Positions 38,557 through 48,600 of a stretch of DNA of 57,604 nucleotides are shown one piece after another. The notes beneath the pieces were generated by a model that saw nothing but the letters and a program-made list of their open reading frames with translations, did no database searches and was not told where the DNA came from. A program made the position numbers and the translations under genes. Each line of letters starts with the position of its first letter. The stretch's first letter is position 1. Origin of the DNA: an uncultured virus (IMG/VR IMGVR_UViG_3300025466_000016) (lineage: Duplodnaviria > Heunggongvirae > Uroviricota > Caudoviricetes); IMG/VR virus record IMGVR_UViG_3300025466_000016, one strand, 5' to 3'.

Positions 38557-39930
38557 TTAACTCTCATTATTATCTGCTCTAGGCGTCAATGCACGACTTA
38601 GAGGTTGTAATTCGTTTTGTACACGACCTTGGCTGTCTGTATATGTGTTAGTGTTATTTACATAACCCATGCGTTGTGTCTGATTATTTCCTGCACCTGG
38701 TGTTAAGTTAGTACGTACATTATCCTCAATCTTAACCCAACGTTGACCATCATATCTAAATAGTCGGTTTGGCAAATAATCTGTACGCAAAAAGTATTCT
38801 CCGTGCGCAGCCAAAATTGGAAAAGATATTCCCATTCCGGTAACAACTCTGTTTGGCGCTGTTCCGTCTCCGGTTAGGTATCCTTCAATTTTACTAGTAG
38901 GTGTTACAGATTCGGCACTAGTAGTATTGTCTGCAGAAATGGTATTATTATCAGAGGTAATAAAATCAGTAAACGGAGTTGAACCGTCGTCGCTCGATGG
39001 CACAGTATAAAACTTGCTAGTATCATAACCCGATGATGGGACATCAACTTCTGCTTGTGAAATTATGCTTTGATTGATATCTAAATATTGGTTATATGTT
39101 GAAAGAATTTGGCCAACTGGTGTAGTAGTTCCTGCGCCTGCGGCAATGTTATTAAGAATATCCTTGTACTCTTGACTATCCACTAGAGGATTAAGTTTAA
39201 CACGCCATAAGTGTGGCCACCATGTTGGACTAAATCCTTCTGCGGCAAAACTTGCATCGCCAACCACATAGTATCTTTTAAGTGCCGCTGGCAAGTCGCC
39301 ATCCAGTGCATCATAATCTTTTAAGTGTTGCAACTCTAATACGTCGCCGGCCATTAACTTACGACCAATCATGTCAACCATGTCGCGTAAGTGGAACACC
39401 ATAAAGATAGTTCCTGTTTGTAGGAACAGGCCAAATTGACTTAGATCAAAATCTTGGTCAGCACGTTGATAGATACCGCGCATTTTGTAAACATTTTGAT
39501 CATATTTGCGATCGCGGTTTTCTAACCATAGTAAGTCTTGAATGTTCTTTTCGCTTTGGTTGGCGTAACTGGGCTGAGTTGCGTCGGCACTAAATCCAAC
39601 TGTAACATTAGTCCCAATTGGTGTAGTAGTTGGACTAGATAAAAATACTGTAGTTGAATTCATCGACGTTACAGTAGTGTTTGCTGGAATCCCAGCGCCA
39701 AACACAAAATTGCCCACAGTAACACCCGATGTATTACTGAAAACAAGAGGATCGTTTACAGTAGTTTGACTAGCACTAGTGGATAGTTGTGCGCCTTGTG
39801 CAATTGGACCTAGATATTTGTTTAATAAAATACCAGTACCGCCGATGGTAAACATTTCGGATATGCGTCTATCCATAAACTTATAATCGTTGCTGTGAGC
39901 ACCATCTTTCCAAAGACTTAAACGTGGCAT
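38557..39930 (-). CDS. Neck / head-closure protein (T4 gp14-like)
   Basis: LSQFGLFL...GDVLEL motif; adjacent to the gp15-like gene. Start reassigned to the ATG at 39930 (MPRLSLW), with a - strand TAAATA at 39956-39951. Confidence 0.65.
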   Translation of the reverse strand: MPRLSLWKDGAHSNDYKFMDRRISEMFTIGGTGILLNKYLGPIAQGAQLSTSASQTTVNDPLVFSNTSGVTVGNFVFGAGIPANTTVTSMNSTTVFLSSPTTTPIGTNVTVGFSADATQPSYANQSEKNIQDLLWLENRDRKYDQNVYKMRGIYQRADQDFDLSQFGLFLQTGTIFMVFHLRDMVDMIGRKLMAGDVLELQHLKDYDALDGDLPAALKRYYVVGDASFAAEGFSPTWWPHLWRVKLNPLVDSQEYKDILNNIAAGAGTTTPVGQILSTYNQYLDINQSIISQAEVDVPSSGYDTSKFYTVPSSDDGSTPFTDFITSDNNTISADNTTSAESVTPTSKIEGYLTGDGTAPNRVVTGMGISFPILAAHGEYFLRTDYLPNRLFRYDGQRWVKIEDNVRTNLTPGAGNNQTQRMGYVNNTNTYTDSQGRVQNELQPLSRALTPRADNNES

Positions 39931-39963
39931 ACTGTATCCTGTTAATGTAGTATTTATCGCTAG

Positions 39964-39992
39964 TTGACCCATAAAGAGTTTTATAGTATAAT
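39964..39992 (+). promoter_or_regulatory. Sigma70-type early promoter
   Basis: TTGACC (39964-39969), 17 nt, TATAAT (39987-39992); ATG follows after 6 nt. Confidence 0.8.
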
Positions 39993-39998
39993 AATGGT

Positions 39999-40256
39999 AT
40001 GGAGTCAAATTCTACCTTAAAACACCGTATAGATACAGCGTTTTTTCAAATAATAGAATTGGATCCCATTCAACGTAGAGATCTTCAAAAAATGTGGCGT
40101 GTAGCTCGTAGTAAATGGAATGAACTTGACTACGAGCTTATTACTTGCCGAAAACTCAATCGAACTACTATAAAGTTTCAAGAACTTGAAAAAGATCTAG
40201 TAGAGCGCCTAGAAGTAATTGAACAGTACCTAACTTTTGCATTATTGACAAAATAA
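39999..40256 (+). CDS. Hypothetical early protein (helical)
   Basis: 85-aa ORF directly behind a consensus sigma70 promoter. Confidence 0.7.
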   Translation: MESNSTLKHRIDTAFFQIIELDPIQRRDLQKMWRVARSKWNELDYELITCRKLNRTTIKFQELEKDLVERLEVIEQYLTFALLTK

Positions 40257-40273
40257 TACCAAAATGCTATAAT
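40245..40273 (+). promoter_or_regulatory. Perfect-consensus sigma70 promoter with extended -10
   Basis: TTGACA (40245-40250), 17 nt, TATAAT (40268-40273) preceded by TGC. Confidence 0.85.
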
Positions 40274-40330
40274 ATATTATTAGATACTGAAATGTAGTGA
40301 TAATCATAAATATTGCTATAGGAGCATATT

Positions 40331-41110
40331 ATGATATATAGCAGACAAGTAGTTAGTAATACTGGAAAAGTAAAAGACATAGACGACGATGGCATTTTAC
40401 CGTATCGTGTACAGTTAAAATGCGACGAGTGCGATGCAGTTTGGGGAACATCGGTTGATAATTGGAAAAGAAAGAAATTGCGTAATGCACATAACGGATT
40501 AGACTTGTGTAAAAATTGTGTTAAAAAAGGAAATAGAAATCCTGCATATGGTAAAAACCCACATAAAAATATGTCCGAAGAAGAAATAAAAATCCTCCGG
40601 GACAATTTAAGTAAAACTTTGTCGGGTAAAAATAATCCTATGTATGGAAAACGACACAGCCCAGAAACAAGAGCGTTGCAGTCTAGGAGTAAAGTAGATC
40701 TGATTGCCGAAGGAAAATTTAATATAAAAAGTTGCAATAGAGGAAGAAAAGCATTTTATGTATCAACTAAATCTGGCATACAATTTTATGCCGATTCAAT
40801 TTTAGAGTTAGCAAGAATGATAGAATTGGATAACGATGCAAGTGTAATAGAGTGGACAAAACATCACGGAATTCGAATTCCTTATGTATTTGACGGGGTT
40901 GATTATAATTATGTACCGGACTTCTTGATTAAAAATGAAAAAGGTAGTATAATAGAAGAAGTAAAAGGAAGAATGATGCCCCGAGATGTTGAAAAACAAC
41001 AGCAAGCAATAATTTATTGTCGGGAAAACGGATACAAATATAGAATGATAACAGGAAACGATTTACAAGATTTAGCAAATTATAAAAAATTATTAAAGGA
41101 AATTAAATAG
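40331..41110 (+). CDS. Free-standing homing-endonuclease-like gene (Zn finger + NUMOD3 + TnsA-like PD-(D/E)xK)
   Basis: CDEC/CKNC, NPAYGK and NPMYGKRHSPETR (NUMOD3-like), YVPDFLI...IEEVKG; visibly A-rich; own TAAATA at 40307-40312 and SD GGAG. Confidence 0.8.
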   Translation: MIYSRQVVSNTGKVKDIDDDGILPYRVQLKCDECDAVWGTSVDNWKRKKLRNAHNGLDLCKNCVKKGNRNPAYGKNPHKNMSEEEIKILRDNLSKTLSGKNNPMYGKRHSPETRALQSRSKVDLIAEGKFNIKSCNRGRKAFYVSTKSGIQFYADSILELARMIELDNDASVIEWTKHHGIRIPYVFDGVDYNYVPDFLIKNEKGSIIEEVKGRMMPRDVEKQQQAIIYCRENGYKYRMITGNDLQDLANYKKLLKEIK

Positions 41111-41610
41111 TGCTTTTGTTTCTGGATACAGAGTTCACAGATTTTGTTGATTGCGACTGCATTGCAATCGGGCTAGTCGACGAAAACGGGCGCGAGTTCT
41201 ATGCTGAACTAACAGACTACAGACAAGAAGCCTGTAGCGATTTTGTTAACGAAGTAGTTCGACCATTACTAAAACAACACCCCAATCGTGTAGAAGGTAC
41301 AACCTGGGAAGTAGCAAGAGCATTAAATGAATGGTTAGAACCATATCGCCAAGAGTGTGCTGTGATTTGTTTTGATTACAATACAGATTGGGATTTGATG
41401 GTGAACATACTTACTATGTTGCCCGAAGAAGATCAACCAGACTTTTTAACAACTAGAAATATTTGGGGCGACTTAGATCAGCAAGCAATAGATTATTACT
41501 GGGCAGAGGCAGACGCCTTTGGTCATAAACCGCATCACGCTTTATATGATGCACGTGGCAATAAATATGCATATAAACCTTTGGTGAGAGAAAGACATGG
41601 CGAACATTAA
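41110..41610 (+). CDS. DEDDh 3'-5' exonuclease
   Basis: FLDTEF, DYNTDW, HHALYDA; GTG start overlapping the upstream TAG. Confidence 0.85.
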   Translation: MLLFLDTEFTDFVDCDCIAIGLVDENGREFYAELTDYRQEACSDFVNEVVRPLLKQHPNRVEGTTWEVARALNEWLEPYRQECAVICFDYNTDWDLMVNILTMLPEEDQPDFLTTRNIWGDLDQQAIDYYWAEADAFGHKPHHALYDARGNKYAYKPLVRERHGEH

Positions 41611-42778
41611 GATTAATGGTAAAGCAACAAAAACTAAAAAGTCAGCACCACGTACAAGTGCCATGCTCGACGAAAAGTACACAGGCGAAGAACCAGTGTG
41701 GGACACCGAACGTGCTGAAAAGTTTGATGATGCTACATTTGATAATCACATGCGTCGTAGTTTTTATTACTACAATTACTTTTTCAATCAAAAGGATTGC
41801 AAAAAATACGTTATTGAATGGATGAAAAATCCTGAGCACGGGTTTACGGCTGTAGATGTTAAAACATTTAGTCGTAGCCCAGATCGTGCAATTGAAATGA
41901 CAGCATGTAGTTTAGTTATGGCACATCGTCAAGGTATGCCATTCCGTGGACGTCAAGTTGAATACATTAAAGAATCAATCGCTCGTGCTATCAACAGCAC
42001 AGCCGACGAAGTAGAAGAAGTTGTAGTAGAAGAAAAACCTAAAGCATACGTTCCAACTATTCAGGACAGACTAAATGAAAAAACAGCAGACACTATCGGC
42101 GAACTGGAAGGGCACTACGACGCATTTATTAGTGATCCTAAATACAGCTTTAAGCCTTACGATTATTTTGTGGCTAACAATGTTCCACAAAGTCAGCTGA
42201 CAAAATACGAAGCGGTATATCAAGCTCGATTTGATGAGCTTAAAGCGGCTTTTGAAAAACAAGATGAACAGTTAGTAGAAGGCTACAGCCATTACAAAAC
42301 AGCAGACTTTAAACGCATCTTTGCCTTTATTGATCAAATACTAAACGACATTATCCAATATCGTGGAGTTAAAAAAGCTACTAAGAAAGTACGTGCGCCT
42401 AAGTCAGTGAGCAAAGAAAAAGTAGTCTCTAAGCTCAAGTATGCTAAAGAAGATAAAGTACTTCGTTTGATTAGTATTAATCCTGCGGACATCATTGGCG
42501 CACAGGAACTGTGGGTTTATAACACTAAAACACGCAAGCTGGGCAAGTATGTAGCTGACAGTTTAAAAGGTCCCTTAAACGTCAAAGGAACCGGCATTAC
42601 CGGCTTTGATGAGCACAAATCCACCTCAAAAGCACTCCGTAAACCTGAGGAAAAGCTCAAGGAGTTTGCTAAAGCTACTAAGGTAGAGTTGCGTAAATTT
42701 ATTGACAATATTAAAGCTACGGAAACCAAACTCAACGGACGTATTAACGCAGAAACTATCCTGCTCCGAGCTCAATAA
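41597..42778 (+). CDS. Hypothetical protein of a type seen in T4-like phages
   Basis: 393-aa ORF; C-terminal SINPADIIGAQELWVYNTKTRKL...LRKPEE...LNGRIN recalled from T4-like phage hypothetical proteins; function unknown. Confidence 0.7.
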   Translation: MANIKINGKATKTKKSAPRTSAMLDEKYTGEEPVWDTERAEKFDDATFDNHMRRSFYYYNYFFNQKDCKKYVIEWMKNPEHGFTAVDVKTFSRSPDRAIEMTACSLVMAHRQGMPFRGRQVEYIKESIARAINSTADEVEEVVVEEKPKAYVPTIQDRLNEKTADTIGELEGHYDAFISDPKYSFKPYDYFVANNVPQSQLTKYEAVYQARFDELKAAFEKQDEQLVEGYSHYKTADFKRIFAFIDQILNDIIQYRGVKKATKKVRAPKSVSKEKVVSKLKYAKEDKVLRLISINPADIIGAQELWVYNTKTRKLGKYVADSLKGPLNVKGTGITGFDEHKSTSKALRKPEEKLKEFAKATKVELRKFIDNIKATETKLNGRINAETILLRAQ

Positions 42779-42829
42779 CACCATTACTCTGTTGTACGGT
42801 AATAAATACTGTATAACGGAGTAATATAA

Positions 42830-43786
42830 ATGTCCACACCCTTTAACGGTAACGTAGTTGCAGATACCGGATACGATAGTCTAAATAACATCACTACTCG
42901 TAACCTGTTTAATCCCGCCACAGGTACACAATCTGCTGCACACATTGCCTTCGATGGTAGCGATACAGTAACATTCCCTGGCGTACAAGATCCAAATTGG
43001 GAGTATGGCAATACTACAGATTCCATGCGAACAAGTATTATTGATTATATACGTATGCGCTTAGGTGATGGTATTGTTGACGTAGAGCTAGACAAAGAAC
43101 ACTACGAAATGGGTATTAATCAGGCCCTGATTAAATATCGTCAGCGCGGACAAAACAGCGTAGAAGAAAGCTATGCAAGCCTACAGCTACTACCAGAAAC
43201 ACAAGAATATATATTACCAAGAGAAATTCAAAACGTTCGTGCTATTTTTCGTCGCGGTATTGGTAGCGTAACAGGAACAACAGCCAGTCAATTTGAGCCA
43301 TTCAGCTCGGGTTATTTAAACACTTATATGTTAGTAGCAGGTCGTGTTGGCGGTTTAACCAACTACGAATTGTTTGTCGACTATCAAAAGTTAGCAATGA
43401 AGATGTTTGGTGGTTACATGAATTACACATTTAACCCTGTAACTAAGAAACTTACTATTGTTCGTAAAATGCCGTTCCAGGGGGCAAACCCTCCACTAGA
43501 GCAACAAGAGTCAGTGTTGTTATGGATTTACAATACCAAACCTGACCAAATGATATTCAACGATACTTACGCATTTCCCTGGATACAAGAATACGCATAC
43601 AGCTTCTGTAAACGCATCCTTGGTGAAGCTCGTGAAAAGTTCAGTCAAATTGCTGGCCCACAGGGTGGTGCAACCTTAAACGGTGCAGCACTTAAAGCTG
43701 AAGCCAATGATGAAATGGCCAAATTGGAACAGGAATTAAAAGATTATATTGATGGTTCTGTTCCGTTAACTTGGGTAACTGGCTAA
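42830..43786 (+). CDS. Neck protein / head-tail adaptor (T4 gp13-like)
   Basis: RLGDGIVDVEL, WIQEYA...K..LGEAREKF...GPQGGATLNG..L..EA; TAAATA at 42803-42808. Confidence 0.85.
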   Translation: MSTPFNGNVVADTGYDSLNNITTRNLFNPATGTQSAAHIAFDGSDTVTFPGVQDPNWEYGNTTDSMRTSIIDYIRMRLGDGIVDVELDKEHYEMGINQALIKYRQRGQNSVEESYASLQLLPETQEYILPREIQNVRAIFRRGIGSVTGTTASQFEPFSSGYLNTYMLVAGRVGGLTNYELFVDYQKLAMKMFGGYMNYTFNPVTKKLTIVRKMPFQGANPPLEQQESVLLWIYNTKPDQMIFNDTYAFPWIQEYAYSFCKRILGEAREKFSQIAGPQGGATLNGAALKAEANDEMAKLEQELKDYIDGSVPLTWVTG

Positions 43787-44154
43787 TGAAAATTACAGAA
43801 ATTATCACAGAAGAATTAAAAAAGTATGGCGACATACACGACGATCACCGATCGGCATTTACTCGCGGTGTAAAGTTTCCTGATATTACTAATCAGTACT
43901 ACCACATGTACCGTGCAGGTGTTAACATCGCTGGACAAAGTGGTGATAGTACTATGAAGTCCAAAGAAAGTCCATTAGCAAACAACATGTTTATGATGGC
44001 CTATCATCCTAAAGAACTAGAAATGATTCGCGCAATGGCCGCAGAAATGGGACACACAATGGAAGAAATTAGTGACAGCGACAGTCACGAGCCCAAGTCA
44101 ATAAATAGTACTAGTCCAGTAAAAGCTCGCGGACCTATACAAAGAAAATTATGA
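43786..44154 (+). CDS. Hypothetical late protein (MKITEIITE N-terminus)
   Basis: Start reassigned to the ATG at 43786 (TAATG overlap with the gp13-like gene); resembles the next gene. Confidence 0.7.
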   Translation: MKITEIITEELKKYGDIHDDHRSAFTRGVKFPDITNQYYHMYRAGVNIAGQSGDSTMKSKESPLANNMFMMAYHPKELEMIRAMAAEMGHTMEEISDSDSHEPKSINSTSPVKARGPIQRKL

Positions 44155-44567
44155 AAATTACAGAAATTATTACTGAAGCTAAGTCGGATATTGATGCAAA
44201 CAACGACGGAATTCCGGATAGCCATCAAACAGCTACGCCTGGGATGAAAAGTCATCATAATTTAGATAACTCTAGTCCTTATGCACCTTGGCGCTTTGCC
44301 GCACACTTTCTAGGTGGTGCTGGCGCGCCAGACGGCAAGTACGAACACGAACCTGCTAAAGAGGGCCCAAACGGACAAGCATTAGTTACAGTAGCCTATA
44401 GCGACGCAGATGAAGCTATTATTGCACAGGCAGAAAAAGCGTTTGGAGTTTCTGGAACACAATTAACTCCGCGTGGATCGACTGAAGTCAAGGATGTAAA
44501 TCGAGTGAGCCCTGCCCGAAACCCTGGCGCAATTACCCGCATTGTCATTGCTACAGTTAAAAAATAA
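44151..44567 (+). CDS. Hypothetical late protein (MKITEIITE N-terminus)
   Basis: ATGA overlap; first 9 aa identical to the preceding gene; similar AY...N..SP C-terminal pattern. Confidence 0.7.
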   Translation: MKITEIITEAKSDIDANNDGIPDSHQTATPGMKSHHNLDNSSPYAPWRFAAHFLGGAGAPDGKYEHEPAKEGPNGQALVTVAYSDADEAIIAQAEKAFGVSGTQLTPRGSTEVKDVNRVSPARNPGAITRIVIATVKK

Positions 44568-44597
44568 TTTGACTTTTTTTAATTAATATGTAAAAAT

Positions 44598-44623
44598 AGC
44601 CCTTATTAACTGAGGGCTTTTTT
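44598..44623 (+). terminator. Terminator-like hairpin immediately before the dNMP kinase start
   Basis: AGCCCT-tattaactg-AGGGCT-TTTTT followed directly by ATG at 44624. Confidence 0.55.
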
Positions 44624-45247
44624 ATGATCATTGGGGTATGCGGGTTTATTGGTTCGGGTAAAGATACTATTGCTGACTACTTAGTTGGATTCCACGGCTA
44701 TCGTCGAGACAGTTTTGCTGGTACACTTAAAGATGCGGTGGCAGCTGTGTTTGGTTGGGACCGCGAACTACTAGAAGGTCGTACTCCTGAAGCCCGTGCT
44801 TGGCGAGAACAAGTAGACTCTTGGTGGGCTAATAGACTTAATATGCCTAATCTTACCCCACGTTGGGTGTTACAATATTGGGGCACAGAAGTATGCCGCC
44901 GAGCATTCCATGACGATATCTGGATTGCTGCATTGGAAGCACGATTAAGCCGTCGTAGTGACAATACTGTTATTAGCGATGTACGTTTCCCCAACGAAAT
45001 ACAAAGTATCCGCAACGCTGGCGGCAAAATTGTCTGGGTTAAGCGTGGCGAATTGCCTAGCTGGTATGGTGTAGCATTAGCCGCAAATAATAACCCACCA
45101 CAGCCGAACGCATCAAGTGAAATCCTTCAAGGACTTGGAGTGCATATTAGTGAAACAGCTTGGGTAGGTACTAAGTTTGATTACGAAATAGACAATAATG
45201 GTACTATTGAAGAGCTATATACAAACATCAAAAATCTGGTATTATAG
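44624..45247 (+). CDS. Deoxynucleoside monophosphate kinase (T4 gp1-like)
   Basis: IIGVCGFIGSGKDT, FAGTLKD, TPRWVLQYWGTE, VISDVRFPNE, HISE. Confidence 0.93.
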   Translation: MIIGVCGFIGSGKDTIADYLVGFHGYRRDSFAGTLKDAVAAVFGWDRELLEGRTPEARAWREQVDSWWANRLNMPNLTPRWVLQYWGTEVCRRAFHDDIWIAALEARLSRRSDNTVISDVRFPNEIQSIRNAGGKIVWVKRGELPSWYGVALAANNNPPQPNASSEILQGLGVHISETAWVGTKFDYEIDNNGTIEELYTNIKNLVL

Positions 45248-45578
45248 GAGCCGGCTTCCACGGCGACTTGGATTTATAAATTTCTTGTTGACAATTTAAG
45301 CATACAGTTTTTAAGTTAAACGAATTGTGATTTTTTAAATTACCATCAACATAAAATACATTACTTTGCTCCATGAGCTTAAACTTAAACCCGCACTTTT
45401 CACAAGCGGGTTTTTTCTTGTAACCACTCTTAACCCATGCCGGTGGCTCCGGGCGACGTTTACGACCTTTCCTAATACAAGCAGCACAACTATTACGATA
45501 ATGATGAACACCATCGCGTATATAGTTCACGGCAACCGGGTTATTACCGCAATTAGGGCATAGATCTCTGTTTAACAT
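45228..45578 (-). CDS. Zinc-binding HNH-like protein, apparently degenerate
   Basis: CPNC, CAAC, CEKC, VFYVDGNLKNHNSFNLKTVCLNCQ; TAAATA 4 nt before the ATG. Confidence 0.7.
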   Translation of the reverse strand: MLNRDLCPNCGNNPVAVNYIRDGVHHYRNSCAACIRKGRKRRPEPPAWVKSGYKKKPACEKCGFKFKLMEQSNVFYVDGNLKNHNSFNLKTVCLNCQQEIYKSKSPWKPAPIIPDF

Positions 45579-45681
45579 ACTATATTTACCAGCATAACCT
45601 TCCCAAAGGCACCTACAACCGCCACCATTTTACACCTTTATAATAAATAACTATAACATGTATTTTAAAGGAATATAAACC

Positions 45682-48600
45682 ATGGCACTAGTATCCCCAG
45701 GAGTTCAAATCTCCGTAAACGATCAAAGTCAGTATGTTGCAAGCAACGTAGGTTCTGTACCACTAGTAGTATTAGCTACAGCACAAGATAAAACCTACAA
45801 CAACGCAGCGGCTACTGGTACAAGTAAAGCAGCGGCTGGTAAACTACAATCATTTACAAGCCAACGTGACCTAGTAACAGCTATGGGCACACCAACTTTC
45901 CAATTAAGTTCTGCCGGTACACCACTTAACGGTAGCGAACTAAACGAATACGGCTTATTGGCTGCTTACTCAGCATTAGGCCTAGGTAATCAGTTATATG
46001 CTATTCGTGCAGATATTGACCTAAATCAATTGCAAGGCACTCACGTTCGTCCAGCCGGTAACGTAGCTGATGGCACATTTTGGTTAGACCTTGGAAATAC
46101 AGAATTTGGTATCTATGTATTCAACGCGGTAACTGGAACATTTAGCCATGTTAATCCAACATTGATTACTGATCAAACTCAAGTAACAAATATCACATAC
46201 AACGGTACAGCAAACGTACCACAACCTAACCCAAGCGTTGGGCAAGTGAATACTTATGCATTGGTGTTTGTTGACCAAGCTGGTGCAACTACAAATGCAA
46301 TTCGTTTATGGTATAAATCTGCATTGAGTAATACATGGGTGCAAGTTGGTTCCCCGGAATGGCAAACTGCATTGCCTGTTGTTACAGCAACAGTTTCTGG
46401 TGTAGGTTCGTTACTAACAGGTCAAACATTGTACATCAATGGTCAATCTGTTACATCAACAGCAAATCCAGCAACACTTGATAATTTAGTTTCAAATATT
46501 AACACAATCATGACTGGTAAGGGAGTTTCTGCACGTAACATCAACGGTTACTTGGCATTGTTTGCAACTAGCGCCGCTAATACATCTGGTTACCCAGCTG
46601 CAACGCCAAACGGTGGTGTATTATTAGCCGATGGTACTGGTAGTTGGTCAGCATTTGGCTCAACTATGGGTGGCACATATTGGAGTCCAACATTCTTCTA
46701 CGGTAATTATGCTCAACAACCAAGCGGTGGTTGGACATCAACAGATTCACAGCCACGTCCAAGCGGAAGTATTTGGTGGAAAACAACAGCAACTGGCACA
46801 GGTTATAGCCCGGCATTAAAAGAATTTAATGTAAGTTTAGATAACTGGGTACCAGTTAGCGCACCAATGTTTACATACTATTCTGATGCTATTTCAGCAT
46901 TGGACCCAGTTGGCGGCGGTCTAAACATTGCCCATGGCCAAATAGTTTCTGTACATGGTAGTAACGATACTACACCTAACAATTTACGTTTTGCTGAGCA
47001 AACAGCGGCAGTACAAGCAACAGCAACTGGTGCGGTAATTAACTTATCAACACTGGCAGCAGCAACAGGCACAACATACAAGATTAGTGCTACAGTTCCT
47101 GGTGCACAAAATACTACGTTGGTTACATACCCAAGCAACACTACAAGTTACACATTTAGCGGTACATCACCAAGCGATTTAGTTACACAAATTTTATCTG
47201 CAAACATTCCATATGTTACAGCACAATTAAATTCAACAACTAGTGGTACTACAATCAGTATTATTCACACAGCTGGTGGTCAGATTGCTTTAACTGGTTC
47301 AGTATTTGGTGCAGCTGGATTTACCGGATCTGGTACAACAGTTAACGGAACAGGCTACACAATTAATTCTAGCACTGGTGTTATTAATATTAGTAACTTT
47401 AATTTAATTACAACAAGTATTACATATAGCGCAACTGCTCCTTACAGCGCACCAGCCGACGGAACACTATGGTACTATAGCAATGCAGCCGACGTTGATA
47501 TTATGATCAACACAGGTGCTCCGTATGGTTGGAAAGGTTACCTAGTAGCCGGAACTGACTCACGTGGTTACCCACTTGCATCGACTGACCCACAAGGCGT
47601 TATTGTTAGCGCAAGTCAACCTACTAGCCAAAGCGATGGTTCTGGCAACATGCCAGGCGATCTATGGTTAGACAGTAGCGACTTAATCAACTACCCAAGT
47701 TTATATCGTTACACCGGTTCTACTTGGACAAAGATTGACACAACAGATCACGTGACAAGCAATGGTATTATTTTTGCCGATGCACGTTGGGACGCAACAG
47801 GTACAACAGATCCAATCAGTGGCGCATTACCATCAACAGTAAGTTTGCTATCAAGCAACTACATTGATCAAGATGCACCAGACTACAGATTGTATCCAAA
47901 AGGTACATTGTTGTTTAACACACGTCGTTCGGGATACAACGTTAAGAAGTTTGTAGCTAATTATTTCAATAGTACAAGTTTCCCAAATCTACCAAACGTA
48001 CCAAACGCAGGCGGAACATTACCATCTGTGTCAAATGCGTGGGTAAGCGTAAGTGGTCTAAACGAAAATGGTACACTAAAAGCTGGTAGTGCTGCACAAC
48101 GTAGTTTGGTTGTAGCTGCATTAGAAAGCGCATTAAGCAGCAACACAGATATTATTGAAGATAATTACAACTTCAACTTATTGTGTGCTCCTGGTTACCC
48201 AGAATTAATTCCTGGTTTAGTAACATTAAACAACAATCGTGGTGATACAGGTTTTGTTATTGGTGATACACCAATGACATTGGCACCAACATCAACAGCA
48301 TTAACAGCATGGAACAGTAACAAAAACGGTAATGGTCTAGCAACAGCAAGCCCATACTTAGCGGTTTACTACCCAGCTGGTTTAACAAACGATTTAGCAG
48401 GTAATCAAGTAGTAGTTCCGGCTAGTCATGCTGTATTGCGTACATTCTTGTACAGCGACAATGTAAGCTATCCATGGTTTGCACCAGCTGGTACACACCG
48501 TGGTCTAGTTGATAACCTAAGCGACATTGGTTATGTAGATGCTAACTCAGGTGCTTTCATACACAACGGTATTAACCAAGGCCTACGTGATGCATTGTAC

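Noticed and set aside
40267..40737. 156-aa minus-strand ORF
   Set aside because: Antisense shadow of the endonuclease gene; no motifs
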